The notes beneath the pieces are model-generated. The model saw only the letters and a program-made list of their open reading frames with translations, had not been told where the DNA came from and did no database searches. A stretch of 64,000 bases of DNA, from the NCBI GenBank assembly GCA_964016885.1, contig OZ024743.1, positions 76,942,001-77,006,000 of the forward strand, read 5' to 3'. The position numbers and the translations under genes were made by a program. This document shows, piece by piece, positions 41,221 to 55,800 of the stretch. Position 1 is the first letter of the stretch; each line of letters begins with the position of its first letter. The DNA is from Eledone cirrhosa. Its lineage: Eukaryota.

Positions 41221-42726
41221 CCTAACAAAAAATTAAAAGGACTTCGGTGGATATCACACTACTTTACAATAAAACTAATTTACAAACAAAAAATCAATTA
41301 AAATATGACTAGATATCCGGGTGGAGTGGGTTTGGTTTTTTAAATGTAATTCCCAAGAATGGTAAACTAAAACTAGAAACTTTTGAAAGCTTCAATTTTT
41401 TTGTTTTGTTTGTGCATTTTCTTACAATTTTTCTCATTTCTTCTCTTCTTTCTAGACAATGAGAAGGGAAAAAATAATCTATTTGTCATTTCATTGAAGA
41501 AATTGAAGTAAAATGCCTGAGATGATGGGGAATAACGGCAAACCTTTTGATATCAGTCTAAGGCTATCACTGTGTAGAATGGCAGAAAACTATTAAATGT
41601 CATCTCTGTTTGAAATGGTTCTCTATTGAAATTGGGGAGAGAGGGGAGTCTCACTCAAAGAAACAAGACAGAAAATAGAAGTTCCATTAAAACTGGAATT
41701 ACACCCTCTTTGGAAGTTATTAGGTGAAGGAATTCCATAGAATTTAAAAAAAAAGAGTATATAATTTGACCAATAAGAAAGATCTGTTCTGACTAGACAG
41801 TCAACGTCTTCATTGATGTTAAATAAATATTTCATTAAAGATCTGAAGAGTAGATCTTCAATAGACAATGTCAATTGCTGATTGAGAAATCTAATTACCA
41901 AAGTTTGCTAGAGTCAAAGAAATATAGTCAAAGGCAGAGAATCATATAGTAGGTTTTCATATGAGACATGGATATTGAAACCCTGTTAGACACACAGCCA
42001 CAGTATTCTAACCCCCAACCAACACCACAAAAAAAAAACTACAAGGGATACATCAGTTTCTATCTACAACCTTATTTGAAGGTTCAAACAAACAATGAAG
42101 ATATTATAAACCTTCTTTCCAACATCCAACAGCACCATTGTCAACTATGTCACTACCACCACTACTATCTATAAATTGTCAGCCTTCATCTAATTATCCT
42201 CTTCTACTCTACACTAGTTTATTGAGTTAGACATCACTGACATTGTCCTAAATTACCAATTAGTGATAATCAGAAAATTAAGACAATTTCAGCAGACAAC
42301 AGAAAATACCATCTGGACATATGTCTGCTCATAAGAAATATCTGCTGCACACGTCTGTCATAAGAACTAAACTAATTATTAAAGAAAGGAAGACAGAAGA
42401 ACATTAACAGTACAAATGCTGCAATGTAAATATTGCACTGGCGCTGTCAGACATGACAATATGGAAAATATATTGCAAAAATGTATGTAATTGAAATAAT
42501 TTTTAGATTTTTTAAAACAATTCTATTTTTCCTATCAACAGTATAGCCAACATAATGATTAGATGATATTGATTAATGTAATGGCAATTGATCAATTAGA
42601 TACAACCAAACACTTTCAAGTTCAGCTCAGTTTTACTGACATTTTACTATAAAAGTTTGCTTTTCTTTTCTTTTTTTCTTCAAGATTCTAAAATAAAAAT
42701 AAAAACCCCATTGTCAGATTTAAATA

Positions 42727-43040
42727 CAGTGGAACCTCAGTTCAGGAACTTAATTCGTTCCCAAAGGCTATTCGTCACCCGAAATGTTCATTAACCAAAA
42801 CTATTTTTCCCATACAAAATTTTGAGAGAGAAATACAGAAAAACAGAGAGAGAGACTGTGTGTGGGACACGGATAGATATCACCACAGTAACTAACTACA
42901 CAGCGAGAGACACTTTCCTGCTTGTTGCCAACTGTTGTTGTCAGCTTGCATGTTCATTACTTCAGACACCATCAACTGAGAACGTTTATGTTCAGAAAAA
43001 TTGTTTGTAAACTAAATTGTTTGTGATGAGAGGTTTTCAT
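42727..43040. mobile_element. possible Tigger/pogo-like MITE remnant
   Basis: TA|CAGTGGAACCTC..GAACTTAATTCGTTCC left end; right end only weakly recognisable. Confidence 0.35.
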
Positions 43041-43519
43041 CATATAATTAGTCATTAAAATATACACCAAGTATCTCATTATCAAGGCTACTCTCGGGTC
43101 CCTAAAAATAGGTGGCAAGGAATAAGTGGGGAATCTGGAAAAATCAGTAATTTTTCTAGGTTGCCTTTGTTGATCATTTTTAAAACCAGAATTAGTTGTT
43201 TAGTTTACATATTGAGACACCAACCCATCCTATTTGTTTTATAATGTATGGGATTTCTTGTAATGTGTTTTTTTCTCGTGCATAATTTTTCTTAATGTCT
43301 GAAGAAAGTTGTCACAGGAATGCTACTACTTAAAATAAAATTTGACTGGAGATAGAGTAGCAAAATTTAATAAGCAGGAGTGTAGGGGAGAGGACAAATT
43401 ATTCGAGACCCAGGAGTACACAAATAAATATCTAACATTGAAATGACTCCATAAAACATATCCCACAATGCAGCATAAAGAATACAACTCCAATTGAAAT
43501 AAAAAACTTGATAAAAACT

Positions 43520-45440
43520 ATAAACAACCACAGACACTATCACAACTACAGACACTATCACACACAACTATAGACAACCACAGACACTATCACAACTATA
43601 GACAACTACAGACACTATCACAACCATAGACAACCACAGACACTATCACAACTATAGACACTATCACACACAACTATAGACAACCACAGACACTATCACA
43701 AATATAGACACTATCACAACTATAGACAACTACAGACACTATCACAACTATAGACAACTACAGACACTATCACAACTATAGACAACTACAGACACTATCA
43801 CACACAACTATAGACAACCACAGACACTATCATAAATATAGACACTATCACAACTATAGACAACTACAGACACTATCACAACTATAGACAACCACAGACA
43901 CTATCACAACTATAGACAACTACAGACACTATCACAACTATAGACAACTACAGACACTATCACAACTATAGACAACCACAGACACTATCACAACTATAGA
44001 CAACTACAGACACTATCACAACTATAGACAACTACAGACACTATCACAACTATAGACAACTACAGACACTATCACAACTATAGACAACTACAGACACTAT
44101 CACACACAACTATAGACAACCACAGACACTATCATAAATATAGACACTATCACAACTATAGACAACTACAGACACTATCACAACTATAGACAACCACAGA
44201 CACTATCACAACTATAGACAACTACAGACACTATCACAACTATAGACAACTACAGACACTATCACAACTATAGACAACCACAGACACTATCACAACTATA
44301 GACAACTACAGACACTATCACAACTATAGACAACCACAGACACTATCACAACTATAGACACTATCACACACAACTATAGACAACCACAGACACTATCACA
44401 ACTATAGACAACTACAGACACTATCACAACTATAGACAACCACAGACACTATCAGAAATATAGACAACCACAGACACTATCACAACTATAGACAACCACA
44501 GACACTATCAGAAATATAGACAACTACAGACACTATCACAACTATAGACAACTACAGACACTATCACAACTATAGACAACCACAGACACTATCACAACTA
44601 CAGACACTATCACAACTATAGACAACTACAGACACTATCACAACTATAGACAACCACAGACACTATCACAACTATAGACAACCACAGACACTATCACAAC
44701 TATAGACAACCACAGACACTATCACAACTATAGACAACTACAGACACTATCACTCACAGCTATAGACAACTACAGACACTATCACAACTATAGACAACTA
44801 CAGACACTATCACTCACAGCTATAGACAACTACAGACACTATCACAACTATAGACAACTACAGACACTATCACTCACAGCTATAGACAACTACAGACACT
44901 ATCACAACTATAGACAACTACAGACACTATCACAACTATAGACAACTACAGACACTATCACTCACAGCTATAGACAACTACAGACACTATCACAACTATA
45001 GACAACTACAGACACTATCACAACTATAGACAACTACAGACACTATCACTCACAGCTATAGACAACTACAGACACTATCACAACTATAGACAACTACAGA
45101 CACTATCACAACTATAGACAACCACAGACACTATCACAACTATAGACAACTACAGACACTATCACTCACAGCTATAGACAACTACAGACACTATCACAAC
45201 TATAGACAACCACAGACACTATCACAACTATAGACAACTACAGACACTATCACTCACAGCTATAGACAACTACAGACACTATCACAACTATAGACAACCA
45301 CAGACACTATCACAACTATAGACAACTACAGACACTATCACTCACAGCTATAGACAACCACAGACACTATCACAACTATAGACAACTACAGACACTATCA
45401 CTCACAGCTATAGACAACTACAGACACTATCACACACAAC
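43520..45440. repeat. 28-bp minisatellite with length variants
   Basis: cactatcacaactatagacaac(t/c)acaga units. Confidence 0.95.
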
Positions 45441-45544
45441 AGAAATAAACTCAACATAAGAAATTACCAGAGGAACAAATATGGCAAACATCTGTATCTA
45501 AGAGAAAAGAAGCAGTAAAAGAAACTATAGAATATAATTAACAG

Positions 45545-46235
45545 CATTATCTTCATCATAGTAACACCATCATCATCACAGTAACACCATCACCATCATC
45601 ATCATCACAGTAACGCCATCATCATCACAGTATCATCATCACCATCATTTTTATGTCCATTTTTCCATGCTTACATGGGTTAGACAGGTCCGTTTCAGCA
45701 CAGCATCTGCCCACTAGCTGCATTCCTTCATCATCCCCTCAGTGAATCTTGGTGATTTGATGTCATCTCTCACCACCTCTACCCAGGTCTTCCTCAATCT
45801 ACCTCTACTGCAACTTCCTTCCACTGGCACTTCCTGGCACTTCTTCACCAAGCAATTATTGTCTATGTGCATCACATGTCCATACCAATGCAGTCTTCTT
45901 TCCTGCACACCTCATCAGATTCCTCTTAACCCCAGCTTCTCCCTCAGCTCAACCAGCTCTGCCTTTCTCTCACATTTACCTTGCACATCCAATAGAGCAA
46001 GGTTGTTTCATTTCTCTCCAGTCTATGCATGTCCTCTGCAGTCACTACCCATGTTTCACTATCATGCACCCCTGCACTTTGCACATATGCGTCATACAGT
46101 CGTCCTTTTGTATGTAGGGATAAACCTTTTGTTGTCAACAGTGGGAGTAGCCCTCTAAACTCCTTCCATCCTATCCTTATTCTAGCTATTATGCTCTCAG
46201 AGAATCCGGGGCAATTGCTCCCTTTACTCTCCATT
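45545..46235 (-). mobile_element. RTE-type LINE 3' fragment with (ATG)n tail
   Basis: ARIRIGWKEFRGLLPLL..KGRLYDAYV..ETW..RLERNE and RRLHWYGHV..GRLRKTW; CAT-rich tail at 45545-45650. Confidence 0.75.
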
Positions 46236-46962
46236 AAATCGGACCCTGATTATATGCAACAGAATTATGAAGGTTAGATTAGTTATAAGCAATTCAATAA
46301 CAACTGTTATCTTTACACACTACAATAAATACTAATTAATGAGCAGCTAAATGACCATTGCTGACCACAATAATAACAAATGACAGTGAATTCATTAGCT
46401 GAATATAATGGATACATTGGTCAGACTATTAACAGTGAATCCTGCCAGCAACAGAAGAAGATGTGACAGAAGAGAGATCAGATTTCAGAGCTATCCAACT
46501 CAGTGTGGTAATATAATTATTAACCCTTTTATGACTCTATTTCTAATGAAATACACTCTATTTTAATTAGTTAATGAAGAATTTTGAGGGATTTACTAAA
46601 ATTATTAATATTTCATTACTAAGATAGTAACTTAACCCTTTCATGACCATATTTCTAATAAAATACATTCTATTTTAATTAGTTAATTATTTCGTTACTA
46701 AGATAGTAACTTAATGTAAGGTTCTTATATAAAAATTATGTTGGAAGGTTTTAATTTAAATTGGAAACCTTTAAAATGGGTGATTTTATTTCATAGAACC
46801 AGAGCCAATTTTGGTCAGATTGGTAACTAAAGGGTTAAATGAGAAATGAGAGATGGTGAATTTGTTAAGAGTAAGGGAATTAAATTCAATAAAATAAAAC
46901 ATATGACAGCAAATTAGCAGAGACATTAGTGTCAGGCTAAATATCTTGGTATTTGTTACAAT

Positions 46963-47145
46963 GTGAAGGCACGTGGCTTTATTAGTGTATTTGACAACCA
47001 GAAGGTCGTAGGTTCGATTCTTGGCAACGCGTTGGATCCTTGAGCAAGACATTCCTTCATGTTGCTCCTATCTACTCAGCTGCCAAAATAATGAGTTGTA
47101 CCTTTAATTCAAAGGGCCAGCCTTATTATAGATTGTGTCACACTG
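46963..47145 (+). mobile_element. second tRNA-derived SINE family (related copies ~2140-2185 and 49455-49586 minus)
   Basis: gaaggcacgtggc..ggttcgattc B-box, ccttgagcaagaca core. Confidence 0.55.
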
Positions 47146-47854
47146 AAGGATTTACTGAAATTATTAATTATTTAATTAGTAAGTAACTTAATGTAAGGTT
47201 CTTATATAAAATTATTTTGGAAGAATTTAATTCAAATTGGAAACCATTAAAATAGGTGGTTTTATTTCATAGAACCAGAGCTGGTTTGGGCCAGGTTGGT
47301 CACTAAAGGGTTGATGAACTTTTCCTACATTCCACTACCACCTTTCTTAAGAAAATATTCAGTTTTATTTTTCTCATTGCAGAGGAGGATAGAAAAACCA
47401 GTGATTAATGTCTTGAAGAAGAGAAATGGAATGAGATGGTTGGGTCATGTGTTGAAGAAAGATGAAAGTGGCTGAGTGAGAAGAATAGAGTGAGTGATGA
47501 ATGTTGTGAAGAGAAATAGAATGAGATGGTTTAGTCATGTGTTGGGGAAGGATGAAAGTGACAGAGTGGAGTGATGGGAGTGAATGTAGAAGGAAGTAGA
47601 AGGGGAAGACCAAGAAAGACATGGCTAAAAAATGAAGGAAATGAAAACTGAGGGGAAAAACAGATACAGATAATAGGGAAAGGTGGGGTCAACAAGGCTA
47701 ACTCCAGCCTTAACAGGGAAGATCACTTTAAAATGCTTCTTGTTGTTTATTGTTTTTCTATCAAATATTTCAGGTTTCTACAACTCAACCTACAAACTGT
47801 TTAAACCTAGTTTTATATTTTTATTGCTTGTTGAGTTGCCCCACCTTCTCAATA

Positions 47855-48365
47855 CCAACAGCACCACCACCACTACTACCAACACCATCCGTACTACCAC
47901 CACTACCACCACCCCCCACCAACACCACCACAACCACCGCCACCAGTACTAGCACCACCACCACCACCACTACTACTACCATCCCAACTACCACTACCAC
48001 CACCACCACACCACTACCACCACCACCACTACCAGTACTAGCACCACCACCACCACCAGTACTACTACCACCCCAACTACCACTACTACCAACACCATCC
48101 GTACTACCACCACTACCACCACCACTATCCCCCACCAACACCACCACACCACTACCACCACCCCACTACCACCACCACCGCCACCAGTACTAGCACCACC
48201 ACCACCACCACTACTACCATCCCAACTACCACTACCACCACCACCACACCACTACCACCACCACCACTACCAGTACTAGCACCACCACCACCACCAGTAC
48301 TACTACCACCCCAACTACCACTACAACCACCACCCCCACCACCACTATCACCCCTGCCACCACCA
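47855..48365. repeat. (CAC/TAC) compound repeat
   Basis: source of poly-P/T/G/V ORFs. Confidence 0.85.
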
Positions 48366-48882
48366 GTTAGTTAAAAACATTCAATACAAACATTAACTAA
48401 AATATAATTTAACATATGTAATGGATAGAAAATCAATAACTTTCATATTCTCCACACATACAAATTTGAAATCTACAGAAACTATCATCGCATTACATCC
48501 TCCATAATACACTAACATATTCGCTTAAAATGCTTGTATTTTATGTAATACCTTGCCATACAGTATTCATATATGCCTAATACCTTTGCTTGTTTCCTTC
48601 TCATATATATGACTAACACTCTCTACACGCTTGCATATGTACTGCTAGTGTCTTCATTCTTTCTCAATGCCTCTTTAATTATTAGACTATTCTCTTGTAT
48701 TATCTGTTGCATGTATTCCACTCTGTGCTTTTAATTTTAATTATTGTACAATTCTCGTATAATACATGTCGCATCCAGTACACCCTGTAAATACTAAACT
48801 GTTGCTCACAACATCAATATATATGTATCTATATGATTGTTCAGTTGAATAGGAGGTTAATTATATGTACAAACATTGATAA

Positions 48883-48929
48883 TGCTCCGATGACTCCAAA
48901 CGAAAATTTGGAAGAAACAATTGTCAGCA
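48883..48929 (+). ncRNA. hammerhead ribozyme-like motif (core variant CCGATGA)
   Basis: TGCT-CCGATGA-cTCCAAA..TTTGGAa-GAAA-CAATTG-TC-AGCA; palindromic stem III, GTC triplet. Confidence 0.55.
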
Positions 48930-49593
48930 ATTAAATGATTTGAACATAACTTTGATATTTGTGTAATTTATATTCCTGCTCTGTAAAACACCTGATGCTC
49001 TTACATTGAGCTATTTCTCTTACTGGTAATAAAGTAGTAATAAATTACTGACATTTCCTGTTTATAGTTGTTTAGAGTATATACATAACTATAAATAGTA
49101 TCATTATTATTATTATATATATATATATAACTTATCAATTTATCAATATCATCTTATTGAGTGCTCATGCAAGCATCTGAGGATTGTTCTTTTGAGAGAT
49201 GTTAGCTGTAGCTGCAACTTCGATTTTACACACTATCATTGTTATATATCATCATCATCATTTTACGTCCGCTTTTCCCTGCTTGGGAACTGCTTGGGAC
49301 GGGAACTGATTCTAGCTTGATTTCTACAGCTGGATGCCCTTCCTAACACCAACCTCATTTACAGTGAGTGCTGGGTGCTTTCTTGCCGTGGCACCTCCAC
49401 AACCACCTTACAGTGGAATGATAGGGAACCCAGTCCTATCATCTCATTTCTACAACTGAGTAAACTGGAGCAATGTGAAATAAAGTGTCTTGCTCATGGA
49501 AACAACACATCACCCGGTCCTAGAATTGAACTCACAACCTTTCGATTGCAAGCCCAATGCTCTAACCACTAAGCCATGTGCCTTCATATATAT

Positions 49594-49822
49594 ATAGGAA
49601 AAGAGTCAGGACCCCAATGGCTGAGCTCCAGCCATTTCGACAGCTAAATCAGATCTAGCTGTCGAAACGGCCAGAGCTCAGCCATTGGGGTCCTGACTCT
49701 TTTCCTATTACCCACTCTACTACCCAAAGTATCGAGTACTCTGCTGGGTTAGGGTCCACCTGGTTCCTTACCAAATTTCCTTCATTTTATATATATATAT
49801 AAAATGAAAGAAATTTGGTAAG
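49594..49822. mobile_element. hairpin-capped repeat module (family of 4219-4403)
   Basis: ~57-bp-arm palindrome 49594-49708, shared tail, second fold-back 49767-49788 / 49801-49822 around (TA)n. Confidence 0.65.
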
Positions 49823-49879
49823 TGGAGGGGAGGGATATATTTTCATATTTCCTGGCTTGCTTTGTTATGCTTTCTACGT

Positions 49880-51094
49880 CCCTCACTCTCTCTGTCTACA
49901 CGTCTCCCTCTCTCTACATATCTCTCTCTCTCTACATGTCTCTCTCTCTCGCTCTACATGTCTCTCTCTCTCTATATATATATGTCTTTCTCTCTCTACA
50001 TATCTCTCTGTCTACATGTCCCTCTGTCTACATGTCTTTCTCTCTACATATCTCTCTACATGTCTCTCTCTCTCTACATGTCTCTCTCTCTCTCTACATG
50101 TCTCACTACATCTCTCTCACTCTCTACATGTCCCTCCCTCTACATGTCTCTCTCTCTTTACATGTCTCTCTCTCTCAATATGTCTCTTTCTCTACATGCC
50201 TCTTTCTCTACATGTCTCCCTGTCTACACGTCTCTCTCTCTACGTCTCTCTACATGTCTCCGTCTCTACATGTCTCTCTGTCTACACGTCTCTCTACATG
50301 TCTACCTCTCTACATGTCTCCTCTACATGTCTGTCTCCATGTCTTTCTGACTACATGTCTCCCTCTCTACATGTCTCTTTCTCTCTACACGTCTCACTAC
50401 ATGTCTCTCTCTCTACATGTCTCCCTCTCTCTACACGTCTCTCTGTCTCCATGTCCCTCTCTCTCTACACATCTCCCTCTCTACATGTCTCCATGTCTCT
50501 CTGTCTACATGTCCTTCTCTCTACATGTCTGTCTACATGTCTCTCTACATGTTTCTCTCTCTACATGTCTCCCTCTCTACATGTCTCCCTCTCTACATGT
50601 CTCCCTCTCTGTCTACATGTCTCTTTGATTATATGTATCTCTGTCTACATGTCTTGCAGTCTACATGTCTCTCTCTACATGTCTCTCTGTCTACACGTCT
50701 CTCTCTCTACATGTCTTACTGACTACATGTCTCTCTGTCTACATGTCTCTCTCTCTCTACATGTCTGTCTACATGTCTTACTGACTACATGTCTCTCTGT
50801 CTACATGTCTCTCTCTCTCTACATGTCTCTCTCTACATGTCTCCATCTCTAACTTTCTCTCTCTACATTAATCTATGTATGCGTAATAATTGTGTATATA
50901 TATGCATGTGTGTGTGTCTGCAAGTGTGTATGAGTTTGTGCAAGTGTAGTTTGTGTACATGTGTAAGTGTGTGGGGGGTGGGGTGTATGTGCGTGTGCGT
51001 GAGTCTGAGTGTGTGTGTGAGTCTGAGTGTGTGTGTGAGTCTGAGTGTGTGTGTACGTGTGTGTGAGTCTGAGTGTGTGTGTGTGTACATGTGT

Positions 51095-51136
<42 letters not shown>

Positions 51137-52700
51137 GAGCATGTGTGTAAATATATAAATATGCATATTCCGCCGTTGTGAAAAAATATGCACGCCCATA
51201 TAGTTTGTGAAAGTATATGTGTGCCCGCTAGTCTATAATTTAGGGGTGAGGGGCCGGGGTCGTAATAATTGTAGTTATAACTTTTGTCGAGCAGACTAAA
51301 GTATTTATTGGCAACACAATTATAGTTCAGGTAGAACATACCTTAACCTAAACTGGTTAGTTTAAGGTATGTTCTACCTGAAGTGAATCGATAATAGGGG
51401 ACTCAACACTAATATTCATACACCATTTGTATGTATGTGTGTAAGTATGTGTGTATGGGTGTATGTATATATGTATATATGTGTGAGTATGTGTGAGTAT
51501 ATGTGAGTGTGTAAGTATGTGTATGTGTAAGTATGTGTAAGTATGTGTGAGTATATGTGAGTATGTGTAAGTATGTGTATGTGTAAGTATGTGTATGTGT
51601 GAGTATGTATATGTGTGAGTATGTACGTGTGTGTGTATGTGTACGTGTGTGTGTACGTGTGTGTGTGTGAGTATGTGTATATGTATGTATGTGTGTGTGA
51701 GTATGTGTGAGTATGTGTAAGTATGTGTAAGTATGTGTGAGTATGTATATGTGTGAGTATGTGCATGTGTGTATGTGTACGTGTGTGTGAATATGTAAGT
51801 ATGTGTGAGTATGTGTATGTGTGTGTATATATATATGTATGTGTATGTATGTGTGAGTATGTGTGTGTGTGTGTAAGCATATGTGTGTGTGTGTGAGAGT
51901 ATGTATATGTTTGAGGATGTATATGTGTGTATGTGTATGTATGTATGTATGTATGTGAGTATGTGTGTATGTGTAAATATGTGTGTGTGAGTATGTATGT
52001 GTGAGGATGTAAATGTGTGTGTATGTGTACGTATGTATGCGTATGTATGTGTATGTATGTGTGTATGTATGTGTGAGTATGTGTGTATGTGTAAGTGTGT
52101 GTGTGTGAGTATGCATGTGTATGTACATGTGTGTGTGTGAGTATGTATGTGTGAGTATGTACATGTGTGTGTATGTGGACGTGTGTGTGAGTATGTATGT
52201 ATGGGTATGTATGCTTGAGTATGTGTGTATGTGTAAGCATGTGTGTGTGTGAGTATGTACATGTGTGTGTATGCGTATGTGTGTGTGAGTATGTATGTAT
52301 GCATGGTCCCATAACTCATGGTTGAAACATAGTGGTGCTGTAGTGATATACAGCATGTATGTATGTGTGTATGTGTATGTATGTATATGTATGTGTGTGA
52401 GTATGTGTGTATGTATGTATATGTAAATATGTGTATGTGTGTGTGTATGTATGTATATGTAAGTCTGTGTGTGTGTATGTATGTATATGTAAGTATGTGT
52501 GTGCGTGTGCGTATGTGTAAGTATATGTGTGTTGGTATGTATATGTGTGTGTGTGTATGTATGTATGTGTGTGTGAGTATGTGGTTATTATGTATGAATA
52601 TGTAAGTATGTGTGTGGGTGTGTGCGTATGTGTGTATGTGTAAGTATGTGTGTGCGTATGTTGGGATGTATGTGTGTGTAAGTGTGTATGTATGGCCCCA
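49880..52700. repeat. ctacatgt(ct)n array followed by GT/GTAT low-complexity arrays
   Basis: simple repeats with a unique island at ~51165-51425. Confidence 0.85.
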
Positions 52701-52819
52701 TAACTCTTGGTTGAATCATAAGGGTCCTGTAGTGATATAAAGTATATAGCATGTCTCAGGTACTTTAAACTTGGTGGAGTCCCTTCTCTAAGTCTGAACG
52801 AAGTTGTTTTCTTTCAGAG

Positions 52820-55800
52820 AAGGAGAAAGTGTGATGGAGAGAAAGTGTGATGGAGAGAGAGATGGAGAGAAAGTGTGACGGAGAGAATGTGTGATGGAGA
52901 GAAAGTGTGATGGAGAGAAAGTGTGATGGAGAGAGAGATGGAGAGAAAGTGTGAAAGAGAGAAAGTGTGATGGAGAGAAAGTGTGATGGAGAGAAAGTGT
53001 GATGCAGAGAAAGTGTGATGCAGAGAAAGTGTGACGGAGAGAAAGTGTGAATGAGAGAAAGTGTGATGGAGAGAAAGTGAGATGGAGAGAAAGTGTGAAG
53101 GAGAGAAAGTGTGAATGAGAGAAAGTGTGATGGAGAGAAAGTGAGATGGAGAGAAAGTGTGAAGGAGAGAGAGATGGAGATAAGATAAAGTGTGATGGAG
53201 AGAAAGTGCGATGGAGAGAAAGAGAGATGGAGAGAAAGAGAGATGGAGAGAAAGTGTGATGGAGAGAAAGTGTGATGGAGAGAAAGTGAGATGGAGAGAA
53301 AATGAGATGGAGAGAAAGAGAGATGGAGAGAAAGAGAGATGGAGAGAAAGTGTGATGGAGCGAGATATGGAGAGAAAGTGTGACGGAGAGAAAGTGTGAT
53401 AGAGAGAAAGATGGAGATAAAGTGTGATGGAGAGAGAGGTGGAGATAAAGTGTGATGGAGAGAAAGTGAGATGGAGAGCGAGATGGAAAGAAAGTATGAT
53501 GGAGAGAGATGGAGAGAAAGTGTGATAGAGAGAAAGTGTGATAGAGAGAAAGTGTGATAGAGAGAAAGTGTGATAGAGAGAAAGTGTGATAGAGAGAAAG
53601 TGTGATAGAGAGAAAGTGAGATGGAGAGAAAGTGTGATGGAGAGAAAGTGTGATGGAGAGAAAGTGTGATGGAGAGAAAGTGTGATGGAGAGAAAGTGAG
53701 GTGGAGTGAAAGTGTGATGGAGAGAGAGATGGAGAGAAAGTGTGATGGAGAGAGAGATGGAGAGAAAGTGTTATGAAGAGAGAGATGGAGAGAAAGTGTG
53801 ATGGAGAAAGAGATGGAGAGTAAGTGTGATGGAGAGAGAGATGGAGAGAAAGTGTGATGGAGAGAGATGGAGAGAAAGTGAGATGGAGAGAAAGTGTGAT
53901 AGAGAGGATGTGTGATGGAGAGAAACATGGATAGAAAGTGTGATGGAGAGAATGTGTGATGGAGAGAAAGTGTGATGGAGAGAAAGACATGGAGAGAAAG
54001 TGTGATGGAGAGAGAGATGGAGAGAAAGTGTGATGGAGAGAGGGATGGAGAGAAAGTGTGATGGAGAGAAAGTGTGATGGAGAAAGTGTGATGGAGAGAA
54101 AGTGTGATGGAGAGAAAGTGTGATGGAGAGAAAGTGTGATGGAGAGAAAGTGTGATGGAGAGAAAGTGTGATGGAGAGAAAGAGAGATGGAGAGAAAGTG
54201 TGATGGAGAGAGAGATGGAGAGAAAGTGTGATGGAGAGAAAGTGTGATAGAGAGAAAGAGAGATGGAGAGAAAGTGTGATGGAGAGAGAGATGGAGAGAA
54301 AGTGTGATGGAGAGAAAGTGTGATGGAGAGAAAGTGTGATGGAGAGAAAGTGTGATGGAGAGAAAGTGTGATGGAGAGAAAGTGAGATGGAGAGAAAGTG
54401 AGATGGAGAGAAAGAGAGATGGAGAGAAAGTGTGATGGAGAGAGAGATAGAGAGAAAGTGTGATGGAGAGAGAGATAGAGAGAAAGTGTGATGGAGAGAG
54501 AGATGGAGAGAAAGTGTGATGGAGAGAGGGATGGAGAGAAAGTGTGATGGAGAGAAAGTGTGATGGAGAGAAAGTGTGATGGAGAGAAAGTGTGATGGAG
54601 AGAAAGTGTGATGGAGAGAAAGTGTGATGGAGAGAGAGATGGAGAGAAAGTGTGATGGAGAGAGATGGAGAGAAAGTGTGATGGAGAGAAAGTGTGATGG
54701 AGAGAAAGAGAGATGGAGAGAAAGTGATGGACAGAGAGATGGAGAGAAAGTGTGACGGAGAGAAAGTGTAATAGAGAGAAAGTAAGATGGAGAGAGAGAT
54801 GGAGAGAAAGTATGATGGAGAGAGATGGCGAGAAAGTGAGATGGAGAGAAATTATGATGGAGAGAAAGTGTGATGGAGAGAGAAATGGTGAGAAAGTGTG
54901 ATGGAGAGAAAGTGAGATGGAGAGAAAGTGTGATAGAGAGGATGTGTGATGGAGAGAAAGATGGATAGAAAGTGTGATGGAGAGAATGTGTGATGGAGAG
55001 AAAGTGTGATGGAGAGAAAGAGAGATGGAGAGAAAGTGTGATGGAGAGACAGATGGAGAGAAAGTGTGATGGAGAGAGGGATGGAGAGAAAGTGTGATGG
55101 AGAGAAAGAGAGATGGAGTGAAAGTGTGATGGAGAGAGAGATGGAGAGAAAGTGTGATAGAGAGAAAGTGAGATGGAGAGAAAGTGTGATAGAGAGAGAG
55201 AAGGAGAAAAAGTATGATGGAGAGAGAGATGGAGAGAAAGTGAAATGGAGAGAAAGTGTGATGGAGAGATGGAGAGAAAGAGAGATGGAGAGAAAGTGAG
55301 ATGGAGAGAAAGTGTGATGGAGAAAGAGATGGAGAGAAAGTGTTATGGAGAGAAAGTGTGATGGAGAGAGAGATGAAAGAGATGGAGAGAAAGTGTGAAG
55401 GAGAGAGAGATGGAGAGAAAGTGTGATAGAGAGAGAGATGGAGAGAAAGTGTGATAGAGAGATGGAGAGAAAGTGTGATGGAGAGAGATGGAGAGAAATT
55501 GAGATGGAGAGAAAGAGAGATGGAGAGAAAGTGTGATGGAGAGAAAGTGTGATGCAGAGAAAGTGTGATAGAGAGGAAGTGTGATGGAGAGAAAGTTTGA
55601 TGGAGAAAAAGTGTGATGGAGAAAAAGTGTGATGGAGAGAAAGTATGATGGTGAGAGTGATGGAAAGAAAGTGTGATGGAGAGAAAGTGTGATGGAGAGA
55701 GAGATGGAGAGAAAGTGTGACGGAGAGAGAGATGGAGATAAAGTGTGATGGAGATAAATTGTGATAGAGAGAAAGTGAGATGGAGAGAAAGTATTACGAA

